Shown here: piece by piece, positions 6,588-16,000 of the stretch
Position numbering within the stretch: position 1 is the stretch's first letter
How the letters are laid out: each line of letters begins with the position of its first letter
Sequence record: NC_006883.2
Reading direction: 5' to 3' (one strand)
Length of the DNA stretch: 64,000 nucleotides
Made by a program: the position numbers and the translations under genes
Notes under the pieces: model-generated
The model's input: only the letters and a program-made list of their open reading frames with translations
Databases searched by the model: none
Told to the model about the DNA's origin: nothing

Positions 6588-6767
6588 ATGAGCAGCATAC
6601 ACAACGAAGCATTAATGGAAACCTGCTTTGACGAAGCGTGGGAGCAGTTCCGTGTTCATAACAAGTTAACCCCTGATATGATGGAGGAGTTATGCTCAAT
6701 ATCAGTAGGCACAGTTCAGCATATAGAAAGAACCGCCCGTAAGATGTTTGAGAGTGCCAGTTCGTAA
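6588..6767 (+). CDS. Small early protein, 59 aa (MSSIHNEALMETCFDEAW...)
   Basis: Read manually; lies between two promoters. Confidence 0.7.
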   Translation: MSSIHNEALMETCFDEAWEQFRVHNKLTPDMMEELCSISVGTVQHIERTARKMFESASS

Positions 6768-6811
6768 ACTGTCCACCGACCCTCCATTCGTGGGGGGTTT
6801 TCCATTATACT
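6753..6811 (+). promoter_or_regulatory. Early-type promoter: dyad AGTGCCAGTT-N4-AACTGTCCAC, hairpin with TTCG loop, TATACT
   Basis: Canonical spacing; ORF at 6837. Confidence 0.75.
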
Positions 6812-6836
6812 ATTCTTATACAAACAAACATTCGTT

Positions 6837-7031
6837 ATGAGTTCTTATCCTACAACTGAAGTGAAGGTAAACGGAAGAGTATGGAAGGTTACACGACTCA
6901 GAACAGCACACGGAGCAAAGACTAATAAGTGGGTGAATCAGATTAAGGGAGGCAGCAGTAGAGTGAGGTGTGCTTCTAATAATGGAGTCACTTCTAACAC
7001 TAAGGCGACAGCACTTATGGACGTGCGTTAG
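6837..7031 (+). CDS. Small basic early protein, 64 aa
   Basis: ORF track; downstream of promoter. Confidence 0.7.
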   Translation: MSSYPTTEVKVNGRVWKVTRLRTAHGAKTNKWVNQIKGGSSRVRCASNNGVTSNTKATALMDVR

Positions 7032-7194
7032 GGGCAGTGCCGTTCGTTCGTGATTTGGCAGGGGTTCGTCGCCCCCGCCCCCCCGTTTAAAAATCACTAA
7101 CTACCCTAACCTACAAAGTGTTACGAAAGCGAGAACAATATTCCATCAAACTTCAAATTTTTTTTCGCTGTTAAAAAACGCCCACAAGGTCGAC

Positions 7195-7223
7195 TTGCAA
7201 AAAATACTTAAGTGATATATAAT
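7195..7223 (+). promoter_or_regulatory. Sigma70-like promoter TTGCAA-N17-TATAAT
   Basis: Correct spacing; overlaps the track ATG at 7222. Confidence 0.65.
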
Positions 7224-7245
7224 GGCAAAGACAAATACGATCATA

Positions 7246-7413
7246 ATGCAAAAAAATTCCGCAGAAGAAACATATGCTATAGAGGTTGATACTGTTACTG
7301 GTGAATATTTTGTTAGGATACCTGAGTGGATCGTAAATGATCAAGGATGGTTTGAGGATACTGAATTAAAATTCAAAACCGATAAAGACATTATTTTTAT
7401 GGAAGAAGCGTAA
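7246..7413 (+). CDS. Small protein, possibly AbrB/SpoVT-like (GEYFVRIPEWIVNDQGW), about 55 aa
   Basis: ORF track 7222..7413 with start moved downstream of the -10; pattern resembles swapped-hairpin regulators. Confidence 0.55.
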   Translation: MQKNSAEETYAIEVDTVTGEYFVRIPEWIVNDQGWFEDTELKFKTDKDIIFMEEA

Positions 7414-7595
7414 TGAGTAGTACTTATCACATATACTTGAGAGGAGAAGTTCTCTTTAAAGATCTAGATGATTATGAGTTTAAAATTATATGGGGTAGGT
7501 TATACCATTCGTACTATAAGAATGAGATAGAGTATGAAGAGATTGAATACACAGAAGATCAACAAAGAGATTTACTACAGGATGCAAGTTATTAA
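7413..7595 (+). CDS. Hypothetical protein, 60 aa
   Basis: TAATG coupling. Confidence 0.75.
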   Translation: MSSTYHIYLRGEVLFKDLDDYEFKIIWGRLYHSYYKNEIEYEEIEYTEDQQRDLLQDASY

Positions 7596-7600
7596 ACATT

Positions 7601-8230
7601 ATGACAACAAGTAAGTATAAGATACTTGATAATTACCTACCTAATGATTACTTAAAGTACTTACAGAATAAGATATTACATAACGAGAAAGGATTTTCAT
7701 GGATATTCTCGGATGTAGTTGCTTATCATGGAGATAATAAGCATCATGATGATAGTGATGCAAAGTATAATTGTTACTTTATGCATCAGGTCTTTAATAA
7801 TCACGAACCGTTCAGTGGTTTACATGAAGACTTGCAGTTTTTATATAAGCAATTAGATATTAGATCTTTGATTCGTGTCAGGGTATTGATGTATATGAAT
7901 CATGGTAAACAGATCATACATAAACCTCATACTGATTTTATGTACTCACATAAAGCAGCATTGTTATATCTGAATACGAATAATGGATTTACTCAAATGG
8001 CAGATGCAGATTGGGGAATCAAACCACAGTTAGATAAGGATCCGAATGGTGAGTTAAGGTTATACAACTACAATCCATATTGGGAAGATTGTCAAGATTG
8101 TTTTAAGACTCAAGATAGAGTAATGAGTGTAGAGAATAGATTAGTTATACACGATGGTTCTCGTCCACATAGTAGTAGTACTTGTACTGATGAGAAGTAT
8201 CGGTTATTGTTGTCTTTAAATTATATGTAA
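7601..8230 (+). CDS. 2OG-Fe(II) oxygenase superfamily protein
   Basis: HxD (PHTDF), distal H (HDGSRPH) and R (YRLLLSLNY) of the DSBH fold. Confidence 0.8.
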   Translation: MTTSKYKILDNYLPNDYLKYLQNKILHNEKGFSWIFSDVVAYHGDNKHHDDSDAKYNCYFMHQVFNNHEPFSGLHEDLQFLYKQLDIRSLIRVRVLMYMNHGKQIIHKPHTDFMYSHKAALLYLNTNNGFTQMADADWGIKPQLDKDPNGELRLYNYNPYWEDCQDCFKTQDRVMSVENRLVIHDGSRPHSSSTCTDEKYRLLLSLNYM

Positions 8231-8871
8231 TGACTGAAGAAATTAAAGGTAGTTTAGTTGATACCTTTATGGTTGCACCTGTAATAGCATATACTTATCC
8301 AAAGTCTTTAGAACCTATTATAGAATATGTTAATAGTTTAGAGTATCGTATGCCTGAAGATGGTGATTCTAACTATAAGTCAACTGATAAGTGGATTTTA
8401 AAGAATGAAGAATTGAAAGATCTAAATGATTTTTGTAAACAAGCAATTCAAAGTTATGCAAAGGAGATATGTCACACTAAAGCAAAGATAGGAATACAAC
8501 AATCGTGGGTTAATTTAACTCCACCTGGTATGCAACATCCACCACATTGGCATAGTAATTCTTATTTAAGTGGAGTATTTTATATTGCTTCTGAACAAGA
8601 TGGTGGATCTCCACTTAAATTACATTCACATTTAAAGAATTTTAGTTATCAACCTACTGTAATGGAAACTGCTGGCGATGAACCATATAATCCTTATACT
8701 TGTAGTAGTTGTGAACTTGCATCGATACCTGGTGTGTTATTAGTCTTCTCTTCAATGATGCCTCATAGTGTTCCTACGAATGTAACAGAACAAAATAGAG
8801 TGAGTTTATCCTTTAATACCTTTCCTGAAACTCCTTTTGGTGATGAAGACCGACTGAATATAATTACTTGA
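8230..8871 (+). CDS. Putative 2OG-Fe(II) oxygenase (TIGR02466-like)
   Basis: SWVN...HPPHWHSNSYLSGVFY...FSSMMPHSV...RVSLSFN. Confidence 0.85.
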   Translation: MTEEIKGSLVDTFMVAPVIAYTYPKSLEPIIEYVNSLEYRMPEDGDSNYKSTDKWILKNEELKDLNDFCKQAIQSYAKEICHTKAKIGIQQSWVNLTPPGMQHPPHWHSNSYLSGVFYIASEQDGGSPLKLHSHLKNFSYQPTVMETAGDEPYNPYTCSSCELASIPGVLLVFSSMMPHSVPTNVTEQNRVSLSFNTFPETPFGDEDRLNIIT

Positions 8872-8896
8872 CTTTCACTATATAAGCGTATATAAT
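8868..8896 (+). promoter_or_regulatory. Sigma70 promoter TTGACT-N17-TATAAT
   Basis: Near consensus, upstream of ORF 8919. Confidence 0.75.
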
Positions 8897-8918
8897 ATAT
8901 GAGTAATTACATAACATT

Positions 8919-9674
8919 ATGGGAAAAGGATTTACAGTTAAAGCTAAGTCTCCCGTTGTCAAAAAAGAACCTGAGTTCGATTATGATAAAGCACGAGAGT
9001 TAGTTAAAGGTAAAACAGTTGTATTCTGTTTGCCTGGTAGAGGAGTGTCATATGCATTTTTAAAGAGTTTTGTACAACTATGCTTTGATCTGGTACAAAA
9101 TGGAGCAAGTATCCAAATCTCTCAGGATTACTCATCAATGGTCAACTTTGCACGTTGTAAGTGCTTAGGTGCAAATGTTCTACGTGGACCTGATCAGAAA
9201 CCTTGGGACGGACAGTTAAAGTATGATTACCAACTTTGGATCGATAGCGATATTGTATTCAACTCAGAGAAGTTTTGGCAATTGGTTCTTATGGATAAGG
9301 ACATTGCTGCTGGTTGGTATTGTACAGAAGACGGCAAAACCACCTCGGTTGCACACTGGATGGAAGAAGACGATTTTCGCTCGAATGGTGGCGTAATGAA
9401 TCACGAAACCATCGAAAGCATCTCGAAAAGAAAGAAACCATTCACCGTAGATTACACTGGATTTGGTTGGACATTAATTAAGAACGGTGTATTTGAACAC
9501 GATGAGATTAAGTATCCTTGGTTTGCTCCAAAGATGCAGGTCTTTGAATCTGGTGAAGTACAGGATATGTGTGGTGAAGATGTTTCGTTCTGCTTAGATG
9601 CAAAGGAAGCAGGTTTCGAGATCTGGTGTGATCCTCGCATTCGTGTCGGGCATGAAAAACAAAGAGTTATATAG
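8919..9674 (+). CDS. GT-A fold glycosyltransferase-like protein, 251 aa
   Basis: WIDSD (DxD), GFGWTLIK, GEDVSFC and CDPRIRVGH motifs. Confidence 0.7.
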   Translation: MGKGFTVKAKSPVVKKEPEFDYDKARELVKGKTVVFCLPGRGVSYAFLKSFVQLCFDLVQNGASIQISQDYSSMVNFARCKCLGANVLRGPDQKPWDGQLKYDYQLWIDSDIVFNSEKFWQLVLMDKDIAAGWYCTEDGKTTSVAHWMEEDDFRSNGGVMNHETIESISKRKKPFTVDYTGFGWTLIKNGVFEHDEIKYPWFAPKMQVFESGEVQDMCGEDVSFCLDAKEAGFEIWCDPRIRVGHEKQRVI

Positions 9675-9816
9675 TATCTTTGAGGGTGATAAACTTCTTT
9701 ATGAAGATCTCACCCAAGATGAGTACTTTAGTGCTATGGAGGACCTTGCATATGAATTTTATGACAATGGTTCTCACAATCCAAACGATTTAAGAACTGA
9801 AATTAGAGCAATTTAA
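9652..9816 (+). CDS. Hypothetical protein, about 54 aa
   Basis: ORF track 9598..9816; likely start at 9652. Confidence 0.6.
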   Translation: MKNKELYSIFEGDKLLYEDLTQDEYFSAMEDLAYEFYDNGSHNPNDLRTEIRAI

Positions 9817-9818
9817 CT

Positions 9819-9962
9819 ATGGCAACTCGAACTGGTATCAACGGTAACGTATTTGTAGAGGCAATCCCGAAAAAGTCTCGTCAAGGAAACGGCAAACATA
9901 CAAAATACTCCGCTACGTCTCGTAATAAGGCGAAAAAGAGAAATAGAGGGCAAGGTAAGTAA
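9819..9962 (+). CDS. Small very basic protein, 47 aa (...PKKSRQGNGKHTKYSATSRNKAKKRNRGQGK)
   Basis: Read manually; resembles the small gene usually near gp25 in cyanomyoviruses. Confidence 0.75.
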   Translation: MATRTGINGNVFVEAIPKKSRQGNGKHTKYSATSRNKAKKRNRGQGK

Positions 9963-10597
9963 TGCCCTCCCCTCGTTTAATAGATCATATTCATCATGAC
10001 AATATGATCTCTGAATTTTTATTTGATCCAAGTACCATCAATACTGATGAAATAATTAATTATTTTGAAGTACTAAATCAATCGGAAAAATTAATAGAAG
10101 CAAGAGATACAATAAGAACTAAAGACACTCAAATGTTTTTGAATGAAACCCTCTCTATGGGTTCGGAATTGGGTGTAAATGAAGCGACAATGATGGTAAC
10201 GCAATCAATATACTACAAATGGCATGAAATTGTAGGTATTGGATTGGCGAATTACTTAGAAAAGTATGAAATATTAAAAACTAGGCACTTTGAGCATAAA
10301 TTTTGCAAAATTCAACGAACTAATCCTTGTGAAGGGTTTCATATATGGCATTCCGATCAGACTGGAACTAGTCCTTATCGGCAATTAGTCACATTATTAT
10401 ACCTAAATGATGATTTTGAAGGTGGAGAAACCGAATTCTTGTACCAAAACGTAAGAATTAAACCTCAAGCAGGTAAATTTATTATTTTTCCTCCATTTTG
10501 GACACACACTCATCGAGGAAACCCTCCAATTGGTGGTTCAAAGTACATAATTACTTCTTGGGCAGATTCATTTCCTATGGCAGGAATGACAAAGTAA
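9962..10597 (+). CDS. 2OG-Fe(II) oxygenase (prolyl-4-hydroxylase-like)
   Basis: WHSD...LYLND.FEGGETEF...FPPFWTHTHRGNPP...KYIIT. Confidence 0.9.
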   Translation: MPSPRLIDHIHHDNMISEFLFDPSTINTDEIINYFEVLNQSEKLIEARDTIRTKDTQMFLNETLSMGSELGVNEATMMVTQSIYYKWHEIVGIGLANYLEKYEILKTRHFEHKFCKIQRTNPCEGFHIWHSDQTGTSPYRQLVTLLYLNDDFEGGETEFLYQNVRIKPQAGKFIIFPPFWTHTHRGNPPIGGSKYIITSWADSFPMAGMTK

Positions 10598-10616
10598 AGT
10601 ATATTTAAAAAATAGG

Positions 10617-10624
10617 TATAAATA
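10617..10624 (+). promoter_or_regulatory. T4 late promoter TATAAATA
   Basis: Exact consensus 30 nt upstream of gp25. Confidence 0.85.
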
Positions 10625-10654
10625 AAGAGAGATAATACTAAATATACCATTTAG

Positions 10655-11056
10655 ATGGCAGTCCAACGCACATCACAATCATTTAAAGATATAAGTCTAT
10701 CTTTCAAACCACATCCAGTGACGAAAGATCTTCCAATCTTGAAGAATGAACGTGCAATAGTGCGGTCTGTTAGAAATTTAGTAGAAACAATTCCCACAGA
10801 AAGGTTCTTTAACTCAAATTTAGGAACTGATATACGTGCAAGTCTCTTTGAGAACTTCTATCCAACCTTAACTAAGGTAATAGAGGATCAAATTAATGAA
10901 ACTGTCATGATATATGAACCTAGAGTTCAGAATTTAAGAGCACAAGTAGACGATTACATTGATTCAAACGCTTTTAATGTAACAATAATCTTTGATATTA
11001 GAGGTTTACCTGTTCCTACACAACAATTTTCCTTTCTTTTAGAACCTACAAGATAG
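10655..11056 (+). CDS. gp25: Baseplate wedge subunit gp25
   Basis: DISLSF..HP.T.D, ERFFNS.LG, YEPRV motifs; synteny. Confidence 0.92.
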   Translation: MAVQRTSQSFKDISLSFKPHPVTKDLPILKNERAIVRSVRNLVETIPTERFFNSNLGTDIRASLFENFYPTLTKVIEDQINETVMIYEPRVQNLRAQVDDYIDSNAFNVTIIFDIRGLPVPTQQFSFLLEPTR

Positions 11057-11060
11057 TAAT

Positions 11061-13004
11061 ATGCCTTTTACTCAGTTTACAAGTTTAGATTTTGATGAGA
11101 TCAAGGCTCAAATACGGGCTTATCTTCGAGCAAATAGTAATTTTAGTGATTTTGACTTTGAAGGATCCAATTTCTCAGTTTTAATTGATACATTAGCATA
11201 TAACACCTACATTAACTCGTTTAATGCAAACTTAGTTGCGAATGAGTCCTTCTTAGATTCAGCAAATATTAGAGAAAATGTTGTTTCTCTTGCAAGAAAC
11301 ATTGGTTATGTACCCCGTTCAAAATCCTCTGCAGAGGCATCAATTTACTTTGATGTACAAACTGATTCAACTGAACCAATACTGTACTTAAAACCAGGTT
11401 TAGTGTGTGTAGGAGCTGCAAATAACACTACATATAGGTTCTCAGTATCTCAACCACTACATGCTGCTATTAAAAATGGTGTTGCGTCATTTGGAACTGC
11501 TGAATCTCCTGTTAGTGTTTTTCAAGGAACAGTACTAGAAGTACAATTTTTAGCAAATACTAGTACAGATCAAAGATTTTTACTACAAAACCCTAATATT
11601 GATGCATCTAGTATTAAAGTATTTGTATCTGGTGCTGCTGATGATGGTATAGGTAGAGAATATGCCATGATTGATAATATTCTGAATATTAATAAAACTT
11701 CAGAAGTATTCTTCATACAAGAAGTTCAAGATGAAAAGTATGAAATATTATTTGGTGATGGTTACTTTGGTAAAAAACTGGAAAATAATTCAATCATAAC
11801 AGTAAGATATATTGTTACTGATGGTGCAGAAAGTAATGGTGCAAGAGAATTTAGTTTCCAAGGAGTATTTACTGGAAAGGATCCGAATACTGCTGTAAAT
11901 CCAGCAACTGTAATTCCTACTGCTGGTATTACAATAAACACTGTTAATGGTGCTACTAACGGTGCTGATATGGAGGAAATTAACTCCATTAAGTATTTTG
12001 CCCCTAGACTATATTCTGCTCAGTACAGGGCAGTTACACCAAGGGATTATGAGGCAATTATACAGTCAATTTACCCTAGAACAGAGTCCGTTGCTGTTAT
12101 TGGTGGTGAAGAATTGGATCCACCTCAATATGGTAAGGTTCAAATTAGTATTAAACCCAAAAATGGAACTTATGTTTCTGATTTTGATAAACAACAAATC
12201 AAAAATAAGTTAAAAAGTTATGCGATTGCAGGAATTAATTCTGAAATTATAGATCTTAAAATATTATACGTTGAAATTGATTCGACAATTTATTATAACA
12301 CTACTCAAGTTTCAAACGCTAATAACTTACATTCAAAAGTTTTAGGTTCTCTAAGAGATTATTCTAATACCATAGACATTAATAAATTTGGTGGTAGGTT
12401 TAAGTATAGTAAAATATTACAACTAATCGATAGAGTTGATACTGCAATTACTTCTAATATTACAAAATTAAAGATTAGAAGAGATATGAAGGTATTAAAA
12501 AACCAATTTGCTCAATATGAATTATGTTTTGGTAATAGATTTCATATAAATCCAGAAGGATTTAATATAAAGAGTACTGGATTTACCCTAAGTGGATCAG
12601 GTGACACTGTATTCATAACAGACGTTCCTAATAAAAAGGCAGATGGTAGTTTAGATGGTAGTGGAAAGGGTGTTTTGAGTGTTATTGCACGAAATCAAAA
12701 AGAAGAATTGAAAGTTGTTGCAAAATCGGCAGGAACCGTAGATTACATTAAAGGTGAAATTATCTTAAATACATTGAATATTACTTCAACTGCATCAAAT
12801 AACGATCTTATAGAGATACAGGCATTCCCAGACTCGAATGATGTAGTTGGATTGAAGGATTTATACCTCAGTTTTGACGTTTCTAATAGTAAGATAAATA
12901 TGGTTAAGGATGTAATTGCTTCTGGTGAAGATGTATCAGGAGTCGTATTTACAAGAGATTATTACACATCAAGTTACTCAAACGGAGACCTAGAGAGAAA
13001 ATAA
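11061..13004 (+). CDS. gp6: Baseplate wedge subunit gp6
   Basis: LDFDEIK, DFDFEGSN, RAVT..DYE motifs; synteny. Confidence 0.95.
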   Translation: MPFTQFTSLDFDEIKAQIRAYLRANSNFSDFDFEGSNFSVLIDTLAYNTYINSFNANLVANESFLDSANIRENVVSLARNIGYVPRSKSSAEASIYFDVQTDSTEPILYLKPGLVCVGAANNTTYRFSVSQPLHAAIKNGVASFGTAESPVSVFQGTVLEVQFLANTSTDQRFLLQNPNIDASSIKVFVSGAADDGIGREYAMIDNILNINKTSEVFFIQEVQDEKYEILFGDGYFGKKLENNSIITVRYIVTDGAESNGAREFSFQGVFTGKDPNTAVNPATVIPTAGITINTVNGATNGADMEEINSIKYFAPRLYSAQYRAVTPRDYEAIIQSIYPRTESVAVIGGEELDPPQYGKVQISIKPKNGTYVSDFDKQQIKNKLKSYAIAGINSEIIDLKILYVEIDSTIYYNTTQVSNANNLHSKVLGSLRDYSNTIDINKFGGRFKYSKILQLIDRVDTAITSNITKLKIRRDMKVLKNQFAQYELCFGNRFHINPEGFNIKSTGFTLSGSGDTVFITDVPNKKADGSLDGSGKGVLSVIARNQKEELKVVAKSAGTVDYIKGEIILNTLNITSTASNNDLIEIQAFPDSNDVVGLKDLYLSFDVSNSKINMVKDVIASGEDVSGVVFTRDYYTSSYSNGDLERK

Positions 13005-16000
13005 ATGAGCATAGGCATCGATAAAAGAGTTCAGGTCAATAGAATAGTTGAAAGTCAGTTACCTGAATTTGTAAGGTCGGATTTTCCTCTCGCTGTTGAT
13101 TTTTTAAAGCAATATTATATTTCACAGGAATTTCAGGGTGGTACAACTGATTTAATTGATAATTTAGATCAGTATCTAAAGGTTGATAATCTAATTCCTG
13201 AAGTTGTTTATGGAACTACTACATTATCTTCTGATGTTTCTATATCCGATGCAACTATCACTGTTGCATCAACTAAAGGTTTTCCTGATACCTATGGTCT
13301 TTTAAAGGTTGGTAGTGAAATTATAACATATACTACCAAAACAGATACTACTTTTAATGGTTGTCTTCGTGGTTTTAGTGGAATAAGTGGATTTGAAGTT
13401 GGAATATCAACATCTTTAGATAATGTCAATAGAGAAGGTTTAATATTTGAGAGTACAAAGGCAGAATCTCATGTTAATGGTGCAACTGTCACCAACTTAA
13501 GTGTATTATTCATACAACAATTTTATAAAAAGTTAAAGAAAACATTCTTACCTGGTTTAGAAGATAACGATTTTACTAGAGATCTTGATGTTGGTAATTT
13601 CATAAAGCATGCTAGATCTTTTTATCAGTCAAAAGGTATTGAAGAATCCATTAGAATCCTATTAAAGGTTCTATTTGGAGAAGAATCTATAATATTAGAC
13701 TTAGAGGAGCGTTTATTTAAACCTTCTAGTGCAGAATTTATAAGAAGAGAAGTTATAATTGCCGATAGGATTGTTGGAGATCCTCAAAAACTAGTTGGTC
13801 AAACTATTTTTAAATCAAATGATTTAGGAACAAGTGCTTCTGTATCTGAAGTTGAGATATTAACTAGGAATGAAAAGATCTATTATAAGATCTCTTTATT
13901 TGTTGGATACTCTGATAGAGATTTAATTGAAGGAATATTTACTATTCCTGGTAGGACAAAGGTAATGGAACCAGTTTCAGTTGGTTCTTCCATTGTTTCT
14001 GTAGATTCTACTGTTGGATTTGCTCAGACTGGTTATGTTTTATGTGGTATTAACTCAATTACATATTCATCAAAATCAGTTAACCAGTTCTTTGGTTGTA
14101 CTAATATATCAGAAAACATTGGTATTGGTTCTGATCTTAGAGCAGATGAAACAATTTTTGGATATGAAGATGGGGATTTAGAAAAAAGAGTTGATTTAAG
14201 AATAACTGGTGTTCTATCTGAATTTAAAACAGTATCAGATATCTCTTCGGTATCTGAAGGTGAGAGGATTTTTGTTAAGAACGTTGGTGAAACTATACTT
14301 AATCCAAGTAGTGGCAAGACCTATAAAGAAGTATTTGCAAATTCTTGGATATACAATACTAGCAGTAGATATCAAATTTCTAATATTTCTGGTTCTACTA
14401 TAGTATTGGGAAGTTCAATTGATAAATCTAGTTTAAAAGTTGGCGATAAAGCAGAAATTTTAAGTAGAAACTCTGAAAATGTTGAAGTTTCACTTGTTGA
14501 AATTACAAATATCGATGCTGCTGGTAATGCAGTAATAGTTTCTGGAATATCTGGATTTACTCCTGCGGTTGGTTTATATTATGATTTAAGAAGAAAACTG
14601 AATAAAGCATCTAGTCAAGGTATAGAAATAGCAGAAGGTAACTCGAATATTATATCTGATGTATTAAATGTTTATACTGATGATGATAAGGATGGATATG
14701 TTGCATCTAACTCCTTACCGAGTTATACGTTACCTTCATCAATTAAAAGAACTTTACTTCAAATAACATCTACAACTGATAAGTTAGAAGGATATAATAA
14801 TTTAACTAAGGATTATAATATAATTTTATCTGGCAATAATGATGAAATTGAGTTAATTACTGGAGATGCTGTAGTTTATGAATCCTCCAATTCGTTAGTT
14901 AACTTAGAATCTGGCACAACTTACTATGTTGAAATAGTTCAGAAGAAACCTGGTAAAATTAGACTATATCGTTCCAGAGGAATGATAGGTAATGTAGTAA
15001 ATGCTATCAGATTTGCTGCTGAAGGACTTGCAACAACTTCTACTCATACGTTTACAAAAGAAACTGAGTATGTTAAGAATTTATCTGCTAATAAAATTCT
15101 TAAGAAATTCCCATTAAGTCAAGATCTATATGTTTCTGGTAAAAATGAAACACCAGTTAACAATATTGGTATGTTGATTGATGGTGTTCAAATAAGAACT
15201 CCTATATCAGAAGATTGCATTTATTATGGTCCTGTTGATACTGTAGATGTATACAATGATGGTGAAGGTTATGATGTAGTAAATCCACCAAGATTGATTA
15301 TTGATAATAGTATTGGTGCAGGAGTAACTGCATTAATCGAACCCGTTATTAGTGGAACAGTTAAAGAAGTATTTGTAGATCCTCATGATTTTGATATAGA
15401 TGAAGTAAAAGCAATTTCTTTAACAGGTGGTAATGGATCTGGTTGTCTTTTAGAACCTGTTATCGGACAAAGATATAGAGAAATGCTCTTTGATAGTAGA
15501 GATATTTTCTTCTCTGGTGGACTATCAATAGAAGACGAAACAATTACATTTAAGAAGAAGCATTTCCTATCTAATGGTGAGGTTATTTACTATAATAGTA
15601 ATGGTAATCCTGCTATTGGTATAGGTGGATATGGTGATACATCAAATACTGCTAGTGGAAGATTAGCAACTGGTGCTGGATATAATGTTAGGGTAATTAA
15701 TACAAGCACTATTCAGTTGCATAAGACTTATGAGGATGCGATTGCAGGTATTAATACTATCGGTATTTCAACTGCAACTAACGCTGCAGGTATTCATAAG
15801 TTTAGAACAGTATCTAAGAAAACCTTACAATCGGTTAAAGTTCTAAATTCTGGTTCTGGTTATCAATATAGAAAATTACATATCAAACCAACAGACGTTT
15901 CTGTAGGATATGCAAAGATAAACTTTAAGGGTCATGGATTCTCTGATGGTGATCTTGTTGAATATACAACTTCAGGAACTGTTATTAGTGGATTAAACAC

